From assembly GCA_034520665.1 (NCBI GenBank), contig JAXHNJ010000002.1, positions 352,660 to 416,659 of the forward strand: a DNA stretch of 64,000 bases, read 5' to 3'. A model generated the notes under the pieces. The model was not told where the DNA came from and made no database searches. It saw nothing but the letters and a program-made list of their open reading frames with translations. A program made the position numbers and the translations under genes. Below are positions 57,216 through 64,000 of the stretch, piece after piece (positions within the stretch are counted from its first letter, which is position 1; each line of letters starts with the position of its first letter). The DNA is from Patescibacteria group bacterium (GTDB taxonomy: Bacteria; Patescibacteriota; Patescibacteriia; JAXHNJ01).

Positions 57216-58768
57216 AAAATAATTACAAAATTTTATTTTTAATAATAGGTTTAACTTTTTTAATAACACCTCTCAAGTCAATAGCCTCTCCTTTACCGGA
57301 TATAATGCCTGATTGTGACATTACCGTTTATGAGGTTGAAGAACACGGCACTCATAATTTTGATGACGCTGAAGCCTTTAAATATAATAAAGCAGAAGAA
57401 GGAGGAGAAAAAGAAAGTGATTACGAAAGAGTCTGTAATGGCGACTGTATTGACGCTCGTAATTATGTTCAAATAGGTGACAAAGGGGAAAGCGCTCATG
57501 ATAAATACGGGGACGTCACCCATGTTATTGATTATAATCCCTGCGGTTTTGATGATTTTATCACCCTATTAATTAATGCCTTTCAATTCGGCTTAACCAT
57601 GCTGGCTGTGGTGGTTTTATTCTTCTTTATTTGGGGCGGTTTTGGCTTTATTATTGCCGGCGGTCGGACTGAAAAAATCCAGGAAGCAAAAAAGACTATT
57701 AAAGGCGCTTTTGTCGGTATGTTAATAGTATTATGTGCCTGGATTACAGTAAATTTTTATATTTTTGCTTTTACTGATGATCCTCAAAGCAAAATATTCG
57801 GTGAATTTTGGTGGGGTGGCAGTGAAGAATGCCACGAAGATTTTCCTTTAGAATGCGACAAAAATAATCTTCATCTTGGCTGTGGCGGACCCAAAGATTC
57901 AAGTACTGATACTTATATAAAAGACTTACAAAACGCACTTAATAATTTAGAGGGTTGTGAATGTGGCCCAGTAGATGGTTGTTACGGTGATAAAACAGCT
58001 GACTGTGTGATTGAATTTCAGTTAAGTAATCAGGATGAGATTGGTAATTTTGAAGTAGGAGTAGTGGGAGAAAATACCTGGAACGCTATAAAAACAGGCT
58101 CTGGCAGTTGTCAGGTTGATTATGACACCGAGAAAACTGAAGAGGCTGAATATTGTTGTGGACAAATATCTTTAAAACCCGGTCCTATATGTCTACCTAC
58201 TTGGGAAGAAAATGGCTGTGATAAATACGGCGAAAACTATATGTTATTGGAGAAGAAAAAATGTTCAGAACTCGTATTTTGTCAAGAGGGTTGTTGTATA
58301 CCTGATGATTTAAATAAAGATTGTTATAACTGTACAGGTAACGAATGCCTTCCTTATGGTGATACTTTCAATCATGAGGCAAAATGCAAGGAGGAAAGTA
58401 ATTCTGAAGATTGTCTTTGGCATATTTGTCGCGAAAATTCTACTTCAGTTAATAACTGTTATATCCAAAGAGGGGGTTGTCTCCCTGATGTATCTACTAA
58501 TGAAGTAGCTTGGAGTAAAGAAGCGGCTCAAGAAAAAATGTCAACTATGGATGTATGTAATATGGGAACCTGTACTATACCTTTTACTGATGCCAGTGGT
58601 AATACTTACTATGATTGCTATTGGGAATCCCGCTCAAGATGTGAAGAAATAGAAGGTGAATTTTATTATAAAATTCCTACACCTAGCTCAACAGACGATA
58701 CTGATAGTGACGGTTATGCCAATCTAAATGGTGGGTCGCTGCCAGATATTGAGTGCCGAGTAGATTAA
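57212..58768 (+). CDS. Cys-rich surface protein with an embedded VirB2/TrbC-like (T4SS-pilin-like) two-helix module (518 aa)
   Basis: Signal peptide. Residues ~115-185 (LTMLAVVVLFFFIWGGFGFIIAGGRTEKIQEAKKTIKGAFVGMLIVLCAWITV) are homologous to the three downstream small proteins. Flanked by extracellular domains with 40 or more Cys (CxxC, CC, CxC patterns). Confidence 0.55.
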   Translation: MKNNYKILFLIIGLTFLITPLKSIASPLPDIMPDCDITVYEVEEHGTHNFDDAEAFKYNKAEEGGEKESDYERVCNGDCIDARNYVQIGDKGESAHDKYGDVTHVIDYNPCGFDDFITLLINAFQFGLTMLAVVVLFFFIWGGFGFIIAGGRTEKIQEAKKTIKGAFVGMLIVLCAWITVNFYIFAFTDDPQSKIFGEFWWGGSEECHEDFPLECDKNNLHLGCGGPKDSSTDTYIKDLQNALNNLEGCECGPVDGCYGDKTADCVIEFQLSNQDEIGNFEVGVVGENTWNAIKTGSGSCQVDYDTEKTEEAEYCCGQISLKPGPICLPTWEENGCDKYGENYMLLEKKKCSELVFCQEGCCIPDDLNKDCYNCTGNECLPYGDTFNHEAKCKEESNSEDCLWHICRENSTSVNNCYIQRGGCLPDVSTNEVAWSKEAAQEKMSTMDVCNMGTCTIPFTDASGNTYYDCYWESRSRCEEIEGEFYYKIPTPSSTDDTDSDGYANLNGGSLPDIECRVD

Positions 58769-58786
58769 TATTAATTATATAAATAT

Positions 58787-59134
58787 ATGAAAAAAAAGAT
58801 TATAACCTTATTACTCATTATCAATTTTTTCTTTCCCTTAAGTGCTTTAGCCAATGGCACTTCCAATGTATTACCCAACCCTATGGCCTGTACTAACTTG
58901 CTTTGTCTTTTTATTCAGGTAATCAGAATTCTTTTAGGGGCTGTTGGCCTTTTTGCTTTATTTGTTTTTATATGGGGCGGTTTTTTAATGTTGACTTCGG
59001 CCGGCAACGCTGAAAAAGTTAAACAAGCTAAAGATACTTTGCTATGGGCTTCTTTAGGTATTGTTGTTATCTTAGGCAGTTGGGTGATTATTAGATTTTT
59101 AATGGAAACTGTATTGAGTAGTTCTTTTACCTAA
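58787..59134 (+). CDS. VirB2/TrbC-like T4SS pilin-like protein (115 aa), divergent paralog
   Basis: Signal peptide. Helix-1 LLGAVGLFALFVFIWGGFLMLTSAGNAEKVKQAKDTLLWASLGIVVILGSWVII. Confidence 0.55.
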   Translation: MKKKIITLLLIINFFFPLSALANGTSNVLPNPMACTNLLCLFIQVIRILLGAVGLFALFVFIWGGFLMLTSAGNAEKVKQAKDTLLWASLGIVVILGSWVIIRFLMETVLSSSFT

Positions 59135-59210
59135 AATAAAATTTGACAAAAATCTTATTTTAGGATATAATAGAACAAACATAAAAATTATTATTATTAA
59201 AATTAAGAAA

Positions 59211-59570
59211 ATGAAAAAAATATCTCTAATCTTAGCTCTATTTCTACTAATTTTGCCAACGACTGCTTCAGCTGTTGTGACCAGTTATAGTATTGAAGAC
59301 TTTGGTAGTTCTGTTGGATTAGGCACAGCTGATCTTGTAGACACCGCCATTAACGTTATCCAATGGGTCCTTGGTATTTTAGCTTTAGTAGCTGTAGTTA
59401 TGATTATTTATGGTGGCATTCTTTGGATGACGGCTGCTGGTAATGAAGAAAAGATTGGAAAAGCCAAGAAAGTTATTTCGGCCGCTGTTATTGGTTTAAT
59501 TATTGTCTTGATGGCTTGGGCTATTGTCATCTTTGTGGCCGGTACTACTGCTAATGTAGTTTCTGAATAA
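59211..59570 (+). CDS. VirB2/TrbC-like T4SS pilin-like protein (119 aa)
   Basis: Signal peptide (cleavage ~ASA). IQWVLGILALVAVVMIIYGGILWMTAAGNEEKIGKAKKVISAAVIGLIIVLMAWAIVIFVAG resembles the VirB2 loop ...ISWMFG.... Confidence 0.6.
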   Translation: MKKISLILALFLLILPTTASAVVTSYSIEDFGSSVGLGTADLVDTAINVIQWVLGILALVAVVMIIYGGILWMTAAGNEEKIGKAKKVISAAVIGLIIVLMAWAIVIFVAGTTANVVSE

Positions 59571-59617
59571 TATCTGTATAATAATTATTAAAATATTTTT
59601 AGAAAGGAGGTGAAATA

Positions 59618-59974
59618 ATGAAAAAATTAGCTCTAATTACTTCTTCTGTTTTGTTACTAGCTCTTCCAGTTACTGCTTTAGCTCAAACCTCATACTCCAT
59701 TGGAGATATTGGTGGTGAAGTCGGTTTAGGCACAGCTGATCTTAGAGATACAGTAGTTAATATTATTCAATGGGTGCTTGGTATTTTAGCTTTAGTAGCT
59801 GTAGTTATGATTATTATCGGTGGCTTTCAATGGATGACCGCTGCTGGTAATGAAGAAAGGATTGAAAAAGCTAAGAAAGTTATCTCAGCCGCTGTTATTG
59901 GTTTAATTATTGTCTTGCTGGCCTGGGCTATCGTTATCTTTGTGGCTGGTACTACTTCTAACGTTACTCAATAA
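59618..59974 (+). CDS. VirB2/TrbC-like T4SS pilin-like protein (118 aa), close paralog of 59211..59570
   Basis: Same architecture. Mature region is >75% identical to the preceding gene. Strong SD (AGGAGG). Confidence 0.6.
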   Translation: MKKLALITSSVLLLALPVTALAQTSYSIGDIGGEVGLGTADLRDTVVNIIQWVLGILALVAVVMIIIGGFQWMTAAGNEERIEKAKKVISAAVIGLIIVLLAWAIVIFVAGTTSNVTQ

Positions 59975-59996
59975 ATTATTTTTATTTGAAATATAC

Positions 59997-60028
59997 AAAC
60001 ATTCCCGCTTTCAAAAGGCGGGATGTTT
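59997..60028 (+). terminator. Hairpin AAACAUUCCCGC-UUUCAAAAG-GCGGGAUGUUU after the pilin-like cluster
   Basis: 11-12-bp stem with a U/A-rich 3' flank. Confidence 0.4.
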
Positions 60029-60084
60029 GTTATCATTAAAAAATTAGGATAAAATAAAGGAAGAGCTTACTCTTAATAAAAATA

Positions 60085-62106
60085 TTGCTTTATCCAATGA
60101 ATAAAGAAGAAAAAATTAATAATTATTTAAATTATTTAAACGACTATTTACAAAGAAACAGTAAAAAAATTTTAATAGTTATAATTTTAATATACGTTAT
60201 TATATTTTCTGTTTTATGTTTATACAAATATCTTACCTATAACTATATTGGTATAGATTTGGCTATTTTTAACCAGGTTTTTTATAATTCTAGCCTCGGT
60301 GACTTTTTTGAACTAACTATTCATCCCCATCTTTATCTAGGTGATCACTTCGCTTTAATCATCCCCTTGTTAATACCTTTTTATTTTTTACTTAGAAGTC
60401 CAGTCACTTTATTAATTATGCAAACACTTTTTTTGGCTTTAGGAGCTTGGCCACTATATTTAATCGCCCGGCAGAAATTAAGCAAAAATTTATCTCTTTT
60501 TATAAGCTTTTTTTACCTAAGCCATTTGTTTGTTCATAATATAAATACTTATGAATTTCATATTCTTTCTTTGGCTATACCCTTATTATTTTTCTTATTT
60601 TATTTTTATAAAAAAGGAAACTTTGCTCTTTACACACTTTTTCTGGTTCTCTGTCTGAGTATCAGGGAAGATCTGGCTTTAGTTATCTTTATGTTTGGCT
60701 TATTAGCCCTTATCGATAGAAAAAAATGGCACTGGAGTCTCTTACCTATAATTTTAAGTATCGGCTGGTTTATTTTTGCCATGAAAATGACTGGGGAAAT
60801 ATCTGGTTACGGGCAATATAAATTTGTTCGTTATTATGGCTGGTTAGGTGATGACATTAAATCAATTATTTTAGGCGCTATTAATCATCCCTGGGTTGTT
60901 ATAAAACATATTTTTTCCTTTAGTAATATTTCATTTTTAGTCGGACTATTTCTTCCTTTCCTTTTTTTACCGTTATTAAAGCCAAAATATATTTTGCCCA
61001 GCACTTTAATAATTTTACAAATACTCTTTTTAACAGCCGCTGGGCCACTAGCTCTGGAAATTCATTATGTAGCCCTTATTATCCCTTTTTTATTTATTAG
61101 CCTAGTTTATTCTATAAAAAAAATATATAAAAAAGACTCAAAATACAAAATAACAAGGATATTGAATAGAAATAAAGAAATAATTATTGTTATTCTAATC
61201 TTAGCCAGTCTTTATTCTAGTTTAGTTATGGGACCATTATTTTATCTTAGTCAAGATACTCTTAATTACGCCGAGGCAAAAAAAGATATTAATATTAGAA
61301 AATATTTTACCAGTCAAATTCCCGAAAAGTCAGCCGTAGCTACTGGTTTTCATTTCTTACCCCAATTATCTTCCCGTAAAAAAATATATTCTCTTCATTA
61401 TCAATATTTAGGCAAAAAGCAATACTCTAATATTGATTACTCCATTCCATCCGATGTAGAATATCTTCTTTTTGACATGAATGATTTTTTGTATTATCAA
61501 TTCCTTTATCAGGAAAATGATGAAAATAATATTCCCGGAGCTAGCCGTATTCGTAAACTTATAAAAGAAAATGATTTTCATCTTACAAATTATATTGACA
61601 AATACTTCTTATATACAAAAAAGGGTAAAAGCGTGCCTTTACTTTACGAAAAAGAGGTGGATTTACCAAATCAAATTAATTCTATCAATAAAAAATTTGA
61701 AGCTATAGAATTAAAGGGCTATACTACTGAGAAAATAAAAAAATATTCAATAAAAGATTATAACTATGAAATATTGCCCTTAACTTTATACTGGCAATGC
61801 CTTAATGAAATAGAATTTGATTATCAAATTAAGATTCACTTTACCGGTGAAAACTCTTCCTTTGAAGAAAGTTATCCTTTATCGGCTCTTTACCCCACCC
61901 ATGATTGGAAAAAAAATGAAATAATTAAAGTAAATTATCAGATTCTTATGCCTGAAGCATTCAAAAATATTAAATACCAAATAGGTTTATCTGTTTATCA
62001 TGCTCAAGGCAACATGGGTTTAAATAAAAGTAAGATTTTTCGCCCTCAAATCAGCCAAATAGACAAATTTGGGAGGATTAATCTTTTAGGGGTAAATCAA
62101 AATTAG
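60085..62106 (+). CDS. DUF2079-family polytopic membrane protein (GT-C-like) with C-terminal soluble domain
   Basis: Pattern ...DLAIFNQVFYNSSLGDFF...HLYLGDHFALIIPLLIPFYF...LLIMQTLFLALGAWPLY... is typical of DUF2079. Confidence 0.55.
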   Translation: MLYPMNKEEKINNYLNYLNDYLQRNSKKILIVIILIYVIIFSVLCLYKYLTYNYIGIDLAIFNQVFYNSSLGDFFELTIHPHLYLGDHFALIIPLLIPFYFLLRSPVTLLIMQTLFLALGAWPLYLIARQKLSKNLSLFISFFYLSHLFVHNINTYEFHILSLAIPLLFFLFYFYKKGNFALYTLFLVLCLSIREDLALVIFMFGLLALIDRKKWHWSLLPIILSIGWFIFAMKMTGEISGYGQYKFVRYYGWLGDDIKSIILGAINHPWVVIKHIFSFSNISFLVGLFLPFLFLPLLKPKYILPSTLIILQILFLTAAGPLALEIHYVALIIPFLFISLVYSIKKIYKKDSKYKITRILNRNKEIIIVILILASLYSSLVMGPLFYLSQDTLNYAEAKKDINIRKYFTSQIPEKSAVATGFHFLPQLSSRKKIYSLHYQYLGKKQYSNIDYSIPSDVEYLLFDMNDFLYYQFLYQENDENNIPGASRIRKLIKENDFHLTNYIDKYFLYTKKGKSVPLLYEKEVDLPNQINSINKKFEAIELKGYTTEKIKKYSIKDYNYEILPLTLYWQCLNEIEFDYQIKIHFTGENSSFEESYPLSALYPTHDWKKNEIIKVNYQILMPEAFKNIKYQIGLSVYHAQGNMGLNKSKIFRPQISQIDKFGRINLLGVNQN

Positions 62107-63739
62107 GCTTAAATATCTTTACTTCACCTTTTGTAAAAACTAATTTAAATAATTCACTCTGGTCTGGATTATATTTTCCATGCCTTTTTTCAAATGGGCT
62201 AAAAAAGATATAATTTATATTTATCTCTTTAATAAACTCTCGGCGCCAGTCATCACTAGTATTTTCTTGCCAAAACTTTTGCATTTTTTCTCTCTTAGCC
62301 CAAAAATTTATTGTTTCCACCCAATGACTTAAATAAGTTTTTTTCAAAGCAAATCCTGATATAAAGTGAGAAGGAACATGATCTCCGAAAATTACATCCT
62401 GGTCGGACATTTTTTCTTTTAGCCAATTAAAAGTATTTTTATATTCCTTATCTAAATACATATATTCAGGAGGCTCTTTAAATTGAGGATCAGAATAAAA
62501 ATAAAAATCTTCTGCCAAGACATATAAATTAGAAAAACCAAAAAACAATATTGATAGCATTAATACTACCGGAGCGTAAAATATTTTTGAGAGATTAAAT
62601 TTTTTATTTAAATAATGATATAAGCTAACAAGACCCACAAAAGCCATTAGACTCAAGGGTATTTGTAATCCCTGAGTAAGACGTCTTTGAAAACCTAAAG
62701 GAGCAAAAATCAGAGCTGACTGCACGATTAACCAGGTTATTAAAAATACAAACTTTTCATTTTTTATTTTTTTGATAACTCCCCACAAAGCAAAAGGGGT
62801 TAAAAACCCATAACTAATTATTACTACCCAAAAATATGGCGTTAGACAAACATTGCTACTGGCCCGGTCAATAGCCACAGGATTATAAATCAAAATCATA
62901 AAGTGATAAAGAACCGGCGGTATAATTAAAAACAGATAGACCAAATATTTTTTAATATAATCCCATTTAATCTGCCAATCTCTAAATGATTTAACAAAAA
63001 TATAGATTAATAAAACAGCTAAGATAGTTGGCAAATGAAAAGGATGAAAAAACATCAAAGAATTTGCCAGAAATCCAGCCACCAGTAAATAAATCCATTT
63101 ATTTTTAATAAAAGAATAATAAGCCAAAAATAAAGTGCTGATAATAAGAATAGTGGCCATAATAAAATGGGGGCTATGGTAAAGGGTTAAAAAATTATAG
63201 CCTTCGGACACCCATAAATCCATCGGATAATTTTTTAATGTAATTTGATTATTAAATAAATTTCTAATTAAAGGCATGAAATATCCGCCTAATCCCGAAG
63301 CCATTATAGAGAAAATAAAGCCGTATTTTCTTGATTTTACTTTTTTAAAAAAATAACTGATAAAAAAGTACAAAACAAAAACAAATAAAAATATGAGTAA
63401 AATTCTAGAAATCTGATAAGCGGCTATACTGGATAAATTAAATACACGAGCCAAAAAGCCAATAATCAGCCAAAAGGGATTAAAAATAAAAGGTGAGTGG
63501 CTTTCCGAAGTAAAAAGATCCTGAAAAATTAAGTGACCTTCTTTAGCCTGTCCAATATAAGAGTAGTAAACACTAAAATCCCCGGCCGCCATCGAATGTA
63601 TGCCCGGAAAAAATTTATCGGCTGGCTTTATTAAATAGCCGTAGATTAAGGAACTACTAGTTATAATCACTAAAATAAAACCAACCATTAAAACAAATTT
63701 ACATTCTTTTTTTGATATATACTTGAATAAATTTTTCAT
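62078..63739 (-). CDS. Polytopic membrane protein, GT-C-fold glycosyltransferase-like (YfhO/ArnT-like), hypothetical
   Basis: 13 or more TM segments with a C-terminal soluble domain. Convergent with, and overlapping, the end of the DUF2079 gene. Confidence 0.4.
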   Translation of the reverse strand: MKNLFKYISKKECKFVLMVGFILVIITSSSLIYGYLIKPADKFFPGIHSMAAGDFSVYYSYIGQAKEGHLIFQDLFTSESHSPFIFNPFWLIIGFLARVFNLSSIAAYQISRILLIFLFVFVLYFFISYFFKKVKSRKYGFIFSIMASGLGGYFMPLIRNLFNNQITLKNYPMDLWVSEGYNFLTLYHSPHFIMATILIISTLFLAYYSFIKNKWIYLLVAGFLANSLMFFHPFHLPTILAVLLIYIFVKSFRDWQIKWDYIKKYLVYLFLIIPPVLYHFMILIYNPVAIDRASSNVCLTPYFWVVIISYGFLTPFALWGVIKKIKNEKFVFLITWLIVQSALIFAPLGFQRRLTQGLQIPLSLMAFVGLVSLYHYLNKKFNLSKIFYAPVVLMLSILFFGFSNLYVLAEDFYFYSDPQFKEPPEYMYLDKEYKNTFNWLKEKMSDQDVIFGDHVPSHFISGFALKKTYLSHWVETINFWAKREKMQKFWQENTSDDWRREFIKEININYIFFSPFEKRHGKYNPDQSELFKLVFTKGEVKIFKPNFDLPLKD

Positions 63740-64000
63740 AAGTTAAGTATAATAAAATTAACAATAAAAAAGCAATTATAGAAATTCCATTAGACTAAAA
63801 AAGAATTAAATTATTATTTCTTTTTTAATTTACTGTTTTTTTTAAAAAAATATTTGTCTTCAATTAAATAAGCTGATAAAAATATCATTGATAAATAAGA
63901 AATATAATTAGTATTTAAATATCTTGAAAAAAATAAAAAGACAAAAACAAAAACTCCATAATTAAAAACAAGTTGCTTTAAATTATTATTAATTTTTTGT

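Overview
AT-rich, gene-dense bacterial window. Several features fit a Candidate Phyla Radiation (Patescibacteria)-type genome: a 23S-5S rRNA unit with no 16S nearby, two group I introns in the 23S each carrying a single-motif LAGLIDADG homing endonuclease, many membrane-anchored and Cys-rich secreted proteins, and weak Shine-Dalgarno usage. This lineage call is inference, not something the sequence proves.

Housekeeping genes recognisable from motifs:
- uvrB
- rpoD
- purF-like amidophosphoribosyltransferase
- rpsT
- holA
- polA
- rluB/rsuA-type pseudouridine synthase
- prs
- PPi-type phosphofructokinase
- PfkB sugar kinase
- alr
- galU
- NUDIX hydrolase
- HAD hydrolase
- DUF72 protein
- CaCA Na+/Ca2+ exchanger

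Accessory content:
1. An extremely AT-rich surface-glycosylation locus (29.6-36.6 kb: flippase-like protein, SAM methyltransferase, GT4, GT2, and a very recent 1.67-kb tandem duplication of a GT-C-fold membrane glycosyltransferase).
2. A tRNA-Leu(TAG) locus with ~129-bp direct repeats bracketing a 2-kb insert that encodes a Cys-rich secreted protein, followed by an array of tRNA-Leu fragments and a pseudo-tRNA. This looks like integration or recombination scars, but no integrase is present.
3. A cluster at 57.2-60.0 kb of four VirB2/TrbC-like (type IV secretion system (T4SS)-pilin-like) proteins. Three are small tandem paralogs and one is a 518-aa Cys-rich protein with the pilin module embedded in it. 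The cluster is flanked upstream by an orphan solute-binding protein and downstream by two polytopic GT-C-like membrane proteins. This is the most interesting candidate system in the window.

Other notable items:
- A ~600-bp GC-richer non-coding block between convergent rpsT and holA, with duplicated 37-nt hairpins and a perfect 28-nt palindrome. A second copy of the palindrome lies upstream of ORF 8916.
- A tRNA-Ser whose acceptor stem is extended by a 10-bp inverted repeat.
- A CopG-like RHH domain fused to a sugar nucleotidyltransferase.
- A compositionally atypical kinase-like ORF.
- An LTD-PKD-LTD-OB surface protein, possibly for extracellular DNA binding.
- A FecR-like plus 3x Fn3 membrane protein.
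- A heptanucleotide x4 repeat inside polA.
- A frameshifted TrmB-like pseudogene.
- A small ORF just upstream of the rRNA promoter that is interrupted by an in-frame TGA.

No CRISPR array, transposase or integrase was seen.
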